A DNA stretch of 64,000 bases, taken from the sequence record OZ195934.1. One strand, written 5' to 3'. The stretch's first letter is position 1. Every line of letters starts with the position of its first letter. The notes under the pieces are model-generated. The model searched no databases. It saw nothing but the letters and a program-made list of their open reading frames with translations, and had not been told where the DNA came from. The position numbers and the translations under genes are program-made. Of the stretch, positions 11,720 to 23,301 are shown piece after piece.

Positions 11720-12286
11720 ATGGCAAAGCTTTATTACAACTATAGCGCAATGAACGCGGGTAAATCTGCGCAGTTATTGCAAGCTGCTCATAACTACGAG
11801 CAGAATGGCAGTCAAGTATGGTACTTTAACTACTACGCTGACAATCGTTTTGGAACGGGTAAGATCTCTAGTCGTATTGGCTTAGAGCATGAAGCGACAA
11901 TGTTCAGTGAAGAGTTTGATTTTCGCCATTACTTTATGACTGAGACTACTACGCCGAAAGCGATCTTCATTGATGAATGTCAGTTCTTAACGCCAGAACA
12001 GGTGCTTGTTCTAGGTCGAATTGTTGACGAGTTCAATATCCCTGTGTTATGTTACGGTATACGCAATGATTACATGGGTAATTTATTTGCGGGTTCTGCT
12101 GCGCTTATGTGTCATGCAGATGAGATACGCGAGATTAAAGCGATGTGCAGTCATCCGAGTTGTGGTAAGAAAGCGACTCATATTGCATTGTACATTGGCG
12201 GAGAGCGCGTTTTAGATGGTGAACAGACATATATCGGTGATACAGATTACCGTAGTTTATGTCGCAAACATTTTATGAGAGAATAG
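11720..12286 (+). CDS. tk: Thymidine kinase
   Basis: YSAMNAGKS P-loop, IFIDECQF, CYGIRNDY, C-terminal Zn cysteines (CSHPSCG...LCRKH). Confidence 0.96.
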   Translation: MAKLYYNYSAMNAGKSAQLLQAAHNYEQNGSQVWYFNYYADNRFGTGKISSRIGLEHEATMFSEEFDFRHYFMTETTTPKAIFIDECQFLTPEQVLVLGRIVDEFNIPVLCYGIRNDYMGNLFAGSAALMCHADEIREIKAMCSHPSCGKKATHIALYIGGERVLDGEQTYIGDTDYRSLCRKHFMRE

Positions 12287-12287
12287 C

Positions 12288-13142
12288 ATGGGCTTGTTAG
12301 AGTTCTTAGTTACGCTGTCTTTTTGTTACATTGGTAACATAGTAGGGCGTACAATATCAGTGAGCAATGGTTACTACAAAGGTAAAGAACCATACGCATT
12401 TAAAAACATGTATCACGTACTGAACTTTGCAATTGCATTGTTCGTGTGGTCACTTCCCCTATAGGTATATTATGAAATACGTACGTTATGTTGAACGCAA
12501 CGACAATGAAGGCGAGACATGGATTCGTTGGTTAAAAGAGACTGACCCATTGCTGTCGGTTTTGAAAGAGTACCTTTCTCGTATCTCACTTGAAGCAGAG
12601 GGTTTTGACCCAGACGCTTACGAGCTTGAGACTTACGAAGATGGTGAACTTGTGCTATATGATGAAGCTTATGTAAAAGCGACGCTTGACGAGAGCGATT
12701 ATCACGATGGTTATTTTGATGCGTATCGCGTCGTAGCGATTCATTCGAAGTTCTCGCTTGATTGGATTAAAGACGGTGATCCAGCCGAGCAGCTTTACAA
12801 ACTACAACATTTGGTGAACATTTAATGAAAACGATTATTGAACATGCGACGGCATGGAATAAAGAGCGCGGTTATGACTGCTCAGAAGATGGTCTAGTAG
12901 AGACTATTGTCGAGTGTCTAAGTGAATACACAGTACAGACTACAACCGAGTCTGAGCATCGTTGGTATGATAGACGTTCGGTAGTGCATCAAATCACTAT
13001 TGATGGTGTAGCTCGATACTTCTCGATTCCTGACTTTCATATTACTGGTGACAATAGCGCACGTGATATGGGCTTAGAAGTTGAGTTAAGCGACATTAAA
13101 GAAGTGTACGCGAAAGAGATCACTACTACAGTGTACGAATAG
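12288..13142 (+). other. Three small hypothetical ORFs (12288-12464, 12472-12825, 12825-13142)
   Basis: Contiguous ORFs ending at a terminator. Confidence 0.65.
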
Positions 13143-13160
13143 CGTGACTTGAGTCACACA

Positions 13161-13185
13161 AAAGCCCCTTAATTGGGGTTTTTTT
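13161..13185 (+). terminator. Rho-independent terminator
   Basis: AAAGCCCC-TTAATT-GGGGTTTTTTT; near-identical copy at about 52838-52864. Confidence 0.85.
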
Positions 13186-13205
13186 AGGTTTAATGAAAAT
13201 ACCGG

Positions 13206-13284
13206 TTTACAGCCTAATGGTAAAAGCGTAATATTAACTCATCGAAACGCACAACGCGATTCACAACTGAAAAGAGAGAATATT
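13206..13284 (+). promoter_or_regulatory. sigma70-type early promoter
   Basis: TTTACA 13206-13211, 17-bp spacer, TAATAT 13229-13234, ATCGAAACG, RBS GAGAGAATATT. Confidence 0.8.
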
Positions 13285-13890
13285 ATGCCTTCTAATCTAA
13301 ACAAACTTAAAATCAAAGACATTCGCGACTTCGGTATCTCTACTGTAGAATACAAGGGATTCGAAATCATGGCTACTGAAGACGATGGTGAAATCGTACT
13401 AGCAGCAATCGTTTCTTACGACGAAAACTCTGACGCTCACGTTTCTGTACTAGAAATCTGCGGTGACACGATGAAAGAAGCGAAAGAACTACTTGTTCTT
13501 GAGTTGAACGACATCAAGCACACTTCTAACGAGATTAAAGAACTAGCGATTAAGCACAGCTTCGTTGGTCACTACGACAAGCTTCTTAACAAACTAGCTG
13601 CGCCGAAAGCTGCTAAAGCTGCTAAAGCTAAGACTGTGAAAGTTGCGCCAGTAACTAAGCCAGTTGAAGTAACAGGTACAGTTGTTAAGCCACTTAATGC
13701 ACGCGGTGCAGCGGCTCGTGACCAAGTACGTGTACTAGCTGAAGAGAATCTAATGATGAGCGCAATCAAATTCGAACAGCGTGGCAAATACAAAGACTGG
13801 TACATCATGGCTGCTGATGTTGAAGGTAAAGAGTTCGAACAGCGCCTAGACGTATTCAAGAAATCTCTACGCACTAAAGGTATTCTATAA
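13285..13890 (+). CDS. Hypothetical early protein with acidic N-terminal half and Lys/Ala-rich linker
   Basis: KLAAPKAAKAAKAKTVKVAPVTKPV segment; first gene after the promoter. Confidence 0.75.
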   Translation: MPSNLNKLKIKDIRDFGISTVEYKGFEIMATEDDGEIVLAAIVSYDENSDAHVSVLEICGDTMKEAKELLVLELNDIKHTSNEIKELAIKHSFVGHYDKLLNKLAAPKAAKAAKAKTVKVAPVTKPVEVTGTVVKPLNARGAAARDQVRVLAEENLMMSAIKFEQRGKYKDWYIMAADVEGKEFEQRLDVFKKSLRTKGIL

Positions 13891-16366
13891 TGAACAAGCT
13901 AATAAGAGCCATTCTGTGGCTCTTCATTCAAGTGCGATGGGCTTACTTTCATATTAGTCCATCGTATAAGAAGTTCTACATGATTGCAGACGAAGCGCAC
14001 TTTCAGCATTTAAAGCGCGGTACGATTCACTCTAACTTATCGCTGAGGGATTCTAATGACGTTTCTAGTTAGAATGCACGAGCAGCAAATGCAAGAAGCT
14101 CTAGCAGTGTTAGGCGCACATTTAGAAGAGTGCGGTTTAACAGACAAAGCGAGTAATCACAGAGCGAAGCTAATGGGCTGTGAAGTTGACGAGTGGCGTT
14201 GGAATGATCTAGAAGACAGCACATCGCCAGTATACGAAGCACTGATCGTCGTACAAGGTTACGATTGGATGATTGGTGCAGATTTGAACTTGAAAAGCAA
14301 ACATGAAATTCGGAGAACGAAATGACTTATCTAGAAAAATTACAAGCACTGCGCGATGAACTAGAATCACACTTAGATATCGGTACGTCGCTAGATTATA
14401 TCCGTTCATCATACGGTTTATGTACGTTCTTCAACGCTGAGTTTAAATATGATTTGAAAGAGTGGTGGGTGATCGAGCTTGAGAAAGTTGAGCGTGTTAA
14501 TCCGAATTACGCAACTGTAATGCGCTCACACGAGTCAGACGGGTTCTACATCTATGATCGCACGTTCACTGCTACGCCATGCCAGATGTACGGTGATGAG
14601 CTATACGAGGGCGTTCAAGGTAACATGCGTCTTGAAGTATTGAACTTTATTCTGGAGAAGTACAATGGCTGATATGATTGGTGTTGCTATTTACTTGTTT
14701 GGTCTTGTTGCTATCGCGCTTTACATCGTTATTACTGAAGTGCGCGACAACAAAGACAAGAAAACGCGTGATGATTTCGGTTCACATGTTTTTGTAATCT
14801 CGATTGCATGGCCAGTTGTGGGTATGTTGTTACTGTGTGGTGGTTTAGCTGAACTAACAGATCGCGGTTTCACTGCATTAATAGAAAAGCTAAAGGGGCG
14901 TTAGATGCGAAAGTTCACTATCTCAAGAGCGCGTGTTGTCTATGATCGCACGATAATCGAAACTGCCGAAGACTTGCTAGAGAACATCACAGACGTTCGA
15001 CGTTACAATGATGAGCTTGATTTGTATTACTCAGACGGTCGTCCGGGTATGTTGTCGAAGCTCACTGATATTAAATGTGACGATGTTGGCTTTGATGGTA
15101 AAACATTCGAAGACGCGTTGGCTCATTTCAAAGCCAACCACGAAAAATACTGGGAGGCTCTATGCAACCAATATTCGTAGGCGATAGACTGCCAGAAGTT
15201 AGCGGTGAATATTTCTGCATACGTTTTGGTATGTCTTATGCGCCAGAGCCGATTGACTTTCACGCGCCTGATGAAGACGACGAAGACGATTACCCGCGAT
15301 GGGGTGATACGATACCGCATTACGGTGGTGGCGGTGTTGTGCCGTACAAAGAGTTGTCAAATCGTGAGAAATACTTTCGAGATAACTACGGTCGCGTGAT
15401 GTATTGGTTCGAAAAGCCAGAAGCTACGTTGTCACATTCGCAATTTGTTGAGTTCATGCTTGATGAAATGCGCGAGAAGAACATTGACCCCGACGAAGTA
15501 ACGGGAGTTGCAGACTACAGGAAACACGAATGGAAACTTTAACTACATATCGTTGTGAGTATTGCGGTGAGATTTCGCCAGAGCAAAAAGTTATTGCTAT
15601 TTGTGAAGATCGCTGTGCCAGACACAAAACATTTTTAGACGTTAAGCGTCTTGGTGATATTCAAGCAGAGGCTTACTTGGACAGCATTCGTTTACGTGCT
15701 TGCAGCATTCCGCACTTGTTCAAGATCATTCTAGACGAAGAAGACTTGATCATGGCAGCGGTAGCGCGTTTGCATTTCGTAGATAAACGTCCGCCACCAC
15801 GCATGTACAATTTCAGTTATGAGCACGTACACTTCACGAACGCGTATCAGCCGTTCAAAGAAGATCGTATGACGCACAGCTCACCGATTGGTAAGCCGCG
15901 TTGCCCGCAGTGGCCTAAAGAAGCGACCGTCTCGGGGTTAGCTGCTGCTGTGCGAATCAACTTCAAACAGAAAGGCAACAAGAAGCGCATTGATATTTAC
16001 GAAAAGTACATTCAGTATATCCCTGGTATCAATACGGGTACTGGTGGTGGCTGTGAGAGCGTAAATATTTATTTGACTTTGTGGAAAGAAGACTTTCCAT
16101 TAATGGGGTGATTATGTTGACATTCGACGAACGATTGCGTTTACTAGAGCAAGAGCTAGAGAAGAAAACGCCAGATCAAGTGCTTGCTGAGTTGCAGAGT
16201 CACGCAGCAATCGGTCCGAACGCTGATGAGTATTGCAAAACACTGGTTAAGAGCGATGGTTAAGTTTTTTGCATGTTGGTTATTGATGATTGTTATGTTA
16301 GGCATAGCAAGTCGTGGTGCAATGCCGACAATTGATTTTCCAATTATTTACTCAATTAAGAACTAG
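13890..16366 (+). other. Array of about 9 small hypothetical ORFs, including 15530-16111 with an N-terminal CxxC (YRCEYCG)
   Basis: Contiguous + strand ORFs. Confidence 0.7.
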
Positions 16367-16441
16367 ATCACATTTAAAGGGTTGCTTCGGCAGCCCTTTT
16401 TGCGTTATATTAGCTCTATCGAAACGAAACGGAGCAACACA
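16354..16441 (+). promoter_or_regulatory. CRP-like box plus fused terminator/promoter cassette
   Basis: AATTAAGAACTAGATCACATTT (18/22 match to the CRP consensus); GGGTTGC-TTCG-GCAGCCC-TTTTT; -35 TTGCTT 16382-16387; TATATT 16406-16411; ATG at 16442. Confidence 0.75.
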
Positions 16442-17393
16442 ATGACTGAACTAATGAACTTGCGCGATGTATTCGTCGCAGCACGCGAAGAGATTGTAAA
16501 AGAAACGCACTTACGTGGTGTTAATCTTCCTGCTCAGTGGGTAGCAGAGTGTATCTTTGTTGATTATCTAACTGCTAATCAGCGTCAGACGTTGCACAAT
16601 ACGTTCGAGTCACGCGCTCATTCTGTTGCATTCATTCTTGAAAACATGAAGTAGAGGTCTCTATGTACACTGATTCTGACATCATTAAGACACGTACGTT
16701 CCTCAAGTCAGCGCACGGACAAGCTCTTGTGTGCAACGTAGACCTGTCTGATACCATATTAGATGCTAACAGTGACCAAGAAGCTGTACTTGTTCAGTAC
16801 ATCGCGACTGACGAGTTTGAAAACACTGATTTCGACGAATCAGAGTATGCAGAACTCGACTCGTACATGTATTGTGGTTATTGGTCAAAAAGTTACATCT
16901 TGGGCTTGCAATTACCAATCAAGTCTGTATAATACTTGATATCAACTTAACGCAGAGAGAACATTATGAACTACACACAGCAAACTATCAAAACTTGTAT
17001 CGCTACAATCGAACGTCTTGTGCCAAAAAACAAGATTACTAAGGGTGCGATTCAGAAAGTTCGTGTTGAGTACATGGGTTCAAACAAAGGTAACTTTGAT
17101 GATGAAACTCGTATTGCGTTAAGTTCTATCTGTCACAGTGCAGAACGTCAGCTTGATCGCAAAGCTGCTAATCGTCCGTCGTTTATGAAGTGTGCAGAAA
17201 CGCACTTGAACTTCGATTGGAACAACATTCCTGGGTGCATCGGTTTCGAACGCATCACAGTAGAGGCATAATTATGAAATTAGATGACGCATTAACACTA
17301 TTGTTCTTTGCATTGGGCTGCGTGTTGTATAAATTACGTTGGTTAATCATCGGCTGTGGTATCGGCTACGCAATTGCGGGAGTATTATTTTGA
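16442..17393 (+). other. Four small hypothetical ORFs (16442-16654, 16663-16932, 16966-17271, about 17274-17393)
   Basis: Contiguous ORFs with RBS motifs. Confidence 0.7.
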
Positions 17394-17668
17394 ACTTTTT
17401 TAAGAAAATTCGTGCGCTATTCGCAGCACCTGCACTACCGGAAGTCGGTAGTCTTTGGATTCACAACCCACAACAACTGAAGTATAGCAAAGAATTAGAC
17501 TTAGCTATTGTCACGAACGTGTCAGAAGTGAATCAAACTGTTGAGTTCACTTGGTATCGTTTAGATGGTCGCTTAGTTACGCAAGGCATCATGCAATCGA
17601 GCCGTTTGACGATCCCAGTTCGAGCGTTCTATCAACAACTATCAGAAGAGTACAACGATTTTGACTAG
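17390..17668 (+). CDS. Small SH3-like-fold hypothetical protein (PxVGxxW family)
   Basis: PEVGSLW...IVTNVSE...VEFTW; TTG start after GGGAG. Confidence 0.6.
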   Translation: MNFFKKIRALFAAPALPEVGSLWIHNPQQLKYSKELDLAIVTNVSEVNQTVEFTWYRLDGRLVTQGIMQSSRLTIPVRAFYQQLSEEYNDFD

Positions 17669-18077
17669 AATAAACTGCGTGCCCGTTGAAACGCTCTCTG
17701 ATAAGCATTTGCTTGCCGAATACAAAGAGATTTCTCGTCCATTCAACAAGGTTCAGAAGCGCATAGAAGCTGATACAATGAGTAATATCAATGTAGCTGA
17801 ACATTACATTCTTGGCACAGGGCACGAAACGTTTTTCTTTGACAAACTTTTGTACTTGCACACGCGCTATGTAGCCCTAATCGAAGAGTTATTACATCGC
17901 GATTTCAACATCAACGTTGAGCAATTCGAAGAAATTAGCGATTGGATTGTGACTACGTTTGAACACACGCCGTATTGGAATGATTGGTCACCTCGACCAG
18001 AAGACATGTATTTGAATATGGCAAGACTAGTAAAGCGTTCGAATTTCGACGCAGCAAAAGAAGAGGCATTATCATGA
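17661..18077 (+). CDS. denV: Pyrimidine dimer DNA glycosylase / endonuclease V
   Basis: MTRIN N-terminus (catalytic Thr2), L.DKHLLAEY.EI.R, Y.LGTGH..FF.DKL, all as in T4 endo V. Confidence 0.95.
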   Translation: MTRINCVPVETLSDKHLLAEYKEISRPFNKVQKRIEADTMSNINVAEHYILGTGHETFFFDKLLYLHTRYVALIEELLHRDFNINVEQFEEISDWIVTTFEHTPYWNDWSPRPEDMYLNMARLVKRSNFDAAKEEALS

Positions 18078-19676
18078 TTAACCTATCACTAGCTATCGCG
18101 TCTGAATTCACAGACAAAACAGACCGCGTACTGCCAACTGACATCGTTACACGCGTAAACGAGCGCGTATCAAAGTTCGATTGGAACTATTACACTGCTG
18201 AGTCGAAGTGGTTAGACACTGCTGATCGCGATGTTGTGTTTGATTTCATCGCTGAAGATCTTGGCTTTCAAGATGGTTGGCCATTGTTCGGCTCGTCAAT
18301 GGAATACACTCAGTCGTTTTTCGACAAACTATCAGAACTGGAGAAAGCAGATGCTTAAACGAATCAAAGCATGGTTCAAGAAATTCGAGCCAACACCAAT
18401 TGAAATCGGTCAACAATACGCTCACGTTGACAATACATGGCAACTCAAGACAGAGAAAGTGAGCATTATTGAAATCACTAACGTATCTGTTGATGGTAAA
18501 GATGCGTTGTACTCTCATATTCGAGTTGGCGGCATGACACCTGCATACATTGAACCGTCATCGCCGTTCCCGCGTGAAGATTACAAAACAACTGCTGCGT
18601 ATCTTCGAAGCAAACACATGCGTCTGTTGACTGAAGACGAGCGAATCGACCACGGGTACTTCTAATGAAAAATGCTATTAGAACGTTGTGGCGTGATATG
18701 AAAGTGTTCATTGTCATGCTTATCATGTGCGTGTCACTCATCGTCGGGTCGATGCTCGATCACAATAGAGTGTTTGAGTCTGATCCGCACATTGGCGAAT
18801 CATGGGTATCGTATCAAGAGCCAGAGTTTCACGATGAAGAACGATTAGTAACTCGCGTGAAAGTCGATGCAATCTCGCTTGATGGTGATAAGGTACGTTA
18901 CCGCTATGAAATGATCGATAACGAAACATCACACGCCCCTGATATGACGTTCGAAACGAACAAGAAATGGTTCAAACAAATCTACGACAAGGAATAAATG
19001 ATGGCTTTAGCACACGCCCCACGAGACGAAGAAGACGAAAACCCAAGAGCGTCGTCACATATGCTCCCTCATAAGGGTCGTGTGCCAGCGCCACCAAAGG
19101 CACCGAAAGAGCCTGACATCCCTGAAATCAAAACAGTCAAGATCAAAGAAAAGACGTGGTGGGATTACTTGAAGACCACTATGGTATTCGCGATGATTAT
19201 AATGTTCTTCTGTGCATTGGTTGAGATTGTAGATCGCCCAGATATTGGTGACATTTACTACACATCGACGAGCACAGGGTGGGAATCTGAAGAAGATACA
19301 CGCGTTTACATTGAAATCGTTGACGTGAACGACGATAAAGGTCTAGTTCGCTATAAGTTTTTAGACAATCGTCGCCCTGAAGTGAAAGAAATGCAATACT
19401 ACGTGCTACACAATCTTTTTGAAGAATCATATTTTGGAGTTATTGGTGATGAAAGCAACCGACAAACAAATATATCTGTGCAACTTGCTCATTGATAATG
19501 GCGCGCCATTTGAGCTGAAGCACCCGCACGAGAACAGCATCGAAGCTGCTGACGCGTTCATCAAAGAGAATCGTCACTATCTACAGCGCGGTCTTGTCAA
19601 GCACGAGAATTACTATCAAGCGATGACTGAGCGAAACGGATTAACGCCTGAAGATTTCAACGTGCCAAATATGTGA
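18074..19676 (+). other. Five hypothetical ORFs (18074-18358, 18351-18665, 18665-18997, 18998-19495, about 19458-19676); three share a PxIGxx(W/Y) module
   Basis: PIEIGQQY, PHIGESW and PDIGDIYY followed by similar beta-strand patterns. Confidence 0.7.
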
Positions 19677-19761
19677 TGCAGATCACTAGAAAGTGGTTGT
19701 GCTGTGAGTCGATAAAGCCTATTATAGCTTTACTGACACAGCACAACGAAGCGAGAACATT
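19669..19761 (+). promoter_or_regulatory. CRP-like box plus sigma70 promoter
   Basis: TGTGA-TGCAGA-TCACT 19672-19687; TTGTGC 19697-19702; 17-bp spacer; TATTAT 19720-19725; ATG at 19762. Confidence 0.7.
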
Positions 19762-20048
19762 ATGACTTACACAGAAGCTAAAGCATCAACTGACTTAATC
19801 AAGACTGTTTGTGCAATCAACGAAGAGCAGTTTTACGAAATCATTGCTGCTTCTAACGCTGCGACTGACTTCGAGTTTTCAGCAATGTTCATGCGTGCGC
19901 AGTCAAACGCTCGTAAACAATCGTTAATCAACTACTAAGGTATTACAATGAGCAAATCATTTATCTTGAAAGTTAAAATTTGGCGTGCGACTCGCGCAGT
20001 CGTTCTTTTCACTCACGCAGTATGCGTAGCAATAGCGAGATCTTTCTA

Positions 20049-20537
20049 ATGGAACCAATGACTCTGCGCGTTCAGCGCAAGCGTACTCTTCATCTTGAAG
20101 TTGGTACACGTGTCGAGATATTCGGCAACGGTGAAGTGCATCGCGGTGATGTTGTTCATATCGGCTCAACCGTCGTGTGTGAGGGTGAGAGAAAAGCATT
20201 CTCATTCACTCATAAAATCGTTCAAGGCGAAGATGTGAGTATCAATGGTCACGTGAGAGGTCATGTTTTCTATGGTGGTGATAAGCACGCACTTGAATGG
20301 AAAAATGGTCTGCCACAGATTAGCGTAGTCGAAACGTTCGCTGAACAAATCGGTGTACTTGATTCAGTACCAGTTAAAGTAACTGGCGATGAATATGTAT
20401 CACAATTCGAAGTAGTCTACTACAACGACGTGGCAGTGTGTTTACGCGACCCGCGCTCAGACGAGCTATACGTTTTCTATCGCGGTGAGTCAACGAGCAC
20501 TTGCGAAGCTGCAACATTGGAGCATGTATTATCATGA
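20049..20537 (+). CDS. Hypothetical beta-rich protein
   Basis: LEVGTRVEIF...RGDVVHIG repeat-like architecture. Confidence 0.6.
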   Translation: MEPMTLRVQRKRTLHLEVGTRVEIFGNGEVHRGDVVHIGSTVVCEGERKAFSFTHKIVQGEDVSINGHVRGHVFYGGDKHALEWKNGLPQISVVETFAEQIGVLDSVPVKVTGDEYVSQFEVVYYNDVAVCLRDPRSDELYVFYRGESTSTCEAATLEHVLS

Positions 20538-20854
20538 TAGTTTATCAAAATGCAACTGCGAACGATAAAATGGTTCGCTTTGAGTTACTAGGGAAGCAGA
20601 CTCAAAAACGTGTAGCAGCAAAAGGCGTGCTACGTGTTGAAAAAGAAGCTGTTGAAACGTTCAAACTACTGAGCACTACAACACTGGATTAGAAATGATT
20701 GAGATCATCGATTCAAGACCAATTGGTTTTGAGCAGTTCAATGAATTAATCGATAGCGGCGTTGAAATTGAAAAGCGCCGCCTAGCACTTAAACAAGAAG
20801 AAAGCGTGAACTGGTTTTTAATGCGCTTTCACACACACGGAAACGGAGACATCT

Positions 20855-22009
20855 ATGAACGATAACGAACGCAAAGGTTTACCAGCCGATATCGATTTAG
20901 TCGAGTCAGCAATCAAAGCACTGAAACGCAAGCCGAATGATGTACGTCGTTCGCGTCACTTGAACTCAGTTATGCAACGTCTGGGTGGTCAGATTGATAC
21001 CAAGATTGGTGATTTAATGCGATATAACCATGTTGGTGTTATTGGTAAGTTTCATAATTACCATCAAGGTCACTTTAAGCTAATCAAGCACGCACTTGAA
21101 CTTGGTAAAACTGTGACTGTGTTCTTGTGTCAAGAAGACGATGATCCCGTGCCTACGTACAAGCGTGTTGGTTGGATGCACAGTGACTTTGGTCGTCGTA
21201 TTAACATTGAAGTGATTCAACCGTCAAGTCACAACTTGTCAAACAAGTCTGAGTCTGATCGTCAAGTCAGTAAAGAGTGGGCGGGGTTCTTCGATGACAA
21301 CTATCCAGAAGTTGAAGCGTTCGTCGGCTCTGAGCAATACATCATGTACTGTGCTGAATATGGTAACTTCGATGGTGTTATGTATGATGAAGCGCGAACC
21401 ATCACGCCATGTAGCAGCACGCAAGTTCGCAAACAGAATCAACATGAATTCTATTCACCTGCTGCACAGCAAGACCGCGTTACGAAGATCGCGTTCATCG
21501 GTCCCGAGTCTTGTGGTAAGTCTGTGACTGCTGAACTGATTTGCGAATCAAACGGCTTTGAACTTGTCACTGAGCAAGCACGCGACATGATGGACGACAC
21601 GTTTTACACGATGCAAGACTTGAATGAGTTTGCAGCCGCGCAGAATGTCGAGATCGTCAAGTCTGGTAAGAAAAGTGACGTTGTAATCGCTGACTCAAGC
21701 GCAGTAACTACAGCAATGTATGCGAAGCAAACGTTCGGTGAAGTTCCAAACACGCTTGGTGCGTTAGCTGCGTTCGAAGATATCGATGCATACGTTCTAT
21801 TCAGTCCATTTGAGTTCGTTCAAGACGGTACGCGTGTACAGACTGAGCAGCAACGCAATGAATGGTTCTACAACGCGCAGCAATTTTTACTGAATTCAAA
21901 CAAGCCGTTTCTGTATGTTCGCAAGGGCAATACGTGGGATGAACGTGCTCAAGAAGCTGCGCAAGCAGTATCACTACTCAAACATAAGGTTCAAAATGAT
22001 GATGCCTAG
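20855..22009 (+). CDS. nadR: NadR-like bifunctional NMN adenylyltransferase / ribosylnicotinamide kinase
   Basis: GKFHNYHQGH (HxGH) nucleotidyltransferase motif, R..W, then Walker A GPESCGKS, E.AR and D.Y...DG.R kinase motifs; no HTH domain. Confidence 0.92.
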   Translation: MNDNERKGLPADIDLVESAIKALKRKPNDVRRSRHLNSVMQRLGGQIDTKIGDLMRYNHVGVIGKFHNYHQGHFKLIKHALELGKTVTVFLCQEDDDPVPTYKRVGWMHSDFGRRINIEVIQPSSHNLSNKSESDRQVSKEWAGFFDDNYPEVEAFVGSEQYIMYCAEYGNFDGVMYDEARTITPCSSTQVRKQNQHEFYSPAAQQDRVTKIAFIGPESCGKSVTAELICESNGFELVTEQARDMMDDTFYTMQDLNEFAAAQNVEIVKSGKKSDVVIADSSAVTTAMYAKQTFGEVPNTLGALAAFEDIDAYVLFSPFEFVQDGTRVQTEQQRNEWFYNAQQFLLNSNKPFLYVRKGNTWDERAQEAAQAVSLLKHKVQNDDA

Positions 22010-22346
22010 TATCTGGTTATTTTTCTTCGTGCTGCCATTCGTGATTGTTGCAGTTGTAACAGTCACGTGTCGATACGCATTCATGATTGAATTCAACGCA
22101 CGCAAGCCATTGCAGATGTTGCAAACATTCAAATATCGATTGCTGTTCACGAAAGAACAATGGGAGGATTTCCAAAATGATGGTCGCGACGATCTATGGT
22201 GGGAATTCGGACTATGGTTCATGTTCGATTTAATTCTATTCGGCGTGCTGATTATGATCGCTGATTTAGTAACCGCAATTCCATTGATCATTGCACTTAG
22301 CTTCATGGTCATTCGTTCACTTATTATCGGGGTTAGAAAATTATGA
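21996..22346 (+). CDS. Two-TM membrane protein
   Basis: Two hydrophobic stretches; FDLILFG resembles the neighbouring genes. Confidence 0.65.
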   Translation: MMMPSIWLFFFVLPFVIVAVVTVTCRYAFMIEFNARKPLQMLQTFKYRLLFTKEQWEDFQNDGRDDLWWEFGLWFMFDLILFGVLIMIADLVTAIPLIIALSFMVIRSLIIGVRKL

Positions 22347-22669
22347 TTTCTAAAATTGCACTGCTTTTATACACCCTAAACCTCGCGATTCCGATTATTG
22401 TAATCACAGCCGAAGTGATCATCAATTTCAGTCTTCGCACTAAGCTAAACTGGTCGAAGCCCGTTATCAAATATCAGGGCATGAAGTACAATCGCTTCGG
22501 GCGCGTCGTAGATGCAGCCGACGCTTTTATTAGCTGCATATGGCTCGATGTTATCGTGGGTGGTGTTGTGTTATTCGCAACATTGTTTCTTCTCAACTTC
22601 GCACCGTGGGCGCTTGCTCTAATTGCTACCCCATTTGTTCTTCGTTACCTAACTAGAGGCAAAAAATAA
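22343..22669 (+). CDS. Membrane protein, paralog of 22669-23016
   Basis: KYQGMKY...PWALALIATPFVLRYL. Confidence 0.7.
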   Translation: MISKIALLLYTLNLAIPIIVITAEVIINFSLRTKLNWSKPVIKYQGMKYNRFGRVVDAADAFISCIWLDVIVGGVVLFATLFLLNFAPWALALIATPFVLRYLTRGKK

Positions 22670-23016
22670 TGCTCATTTTTATTCTTTCAACAATCGGCAT
22701 TGTGTATTTGGCAAACGCGTTATTATTTCCAATCTTGAGCTTGCTTGAGCTTCTATACAACTTCAGTTTCATGAAGAACTCAGAACGCATTCGCGATACT
22801 CACTTGAAATATCAGAATGTCAAGTATGGGTGGATTGAAGATGGTCTGTACACTCACGACGACGCGTGGTTCACTGCGATAGTCTTCGATATGCTCATTA
22901 TTGGTATCATGACACCGATATTCATGATGATTGTTTTAAATGTACCGTGGATTGTGCTTGCAATCGCAACTCCATTCGTGCTAAGATTCATCACGAAACT
23001 TAGAAAAAGGAAATAA
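22669..23016 (+). CDS. Membrane protein, paralog of 22343-22669
   Basis: KYQNVKY...PWIVLAIATPFVLRFI. Confidence 0.7.
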   Translation: MLIFILSTIGIVYLANALLFPILSLLELLYNFSFMKNSERIRDTHLKYQNVKYGWIEDGLYTHDDAWFTAIVFDMLIIGIMTPIFMMIVLNVPWIVLAIATPFVLRFITKLRKRK

Positions 23017-23301
23017 CATGTGTCTTAACAACATTTCAACCGAAACACTGAAAGCTGAAATCGCACGACGTGAGCGCGAAGAAAAGCTCAACAACGAGTT
23101 TGTACCGATGTCACCGATGACAGATTTCGAACGTAAGATCGTTCAATCTGCCACAGAAGATATGCAAACACTGATTCTAGGTGACGAAGTTGACACGCAA
23201 TACACATACGAAGCTGTAATGAAAGCAGTATACGGTGATAATGTGTTTGATAAAATCAACAAACTAATCCGCGACTAATCTAAACTTGTGAGAACTATAT
23301 T

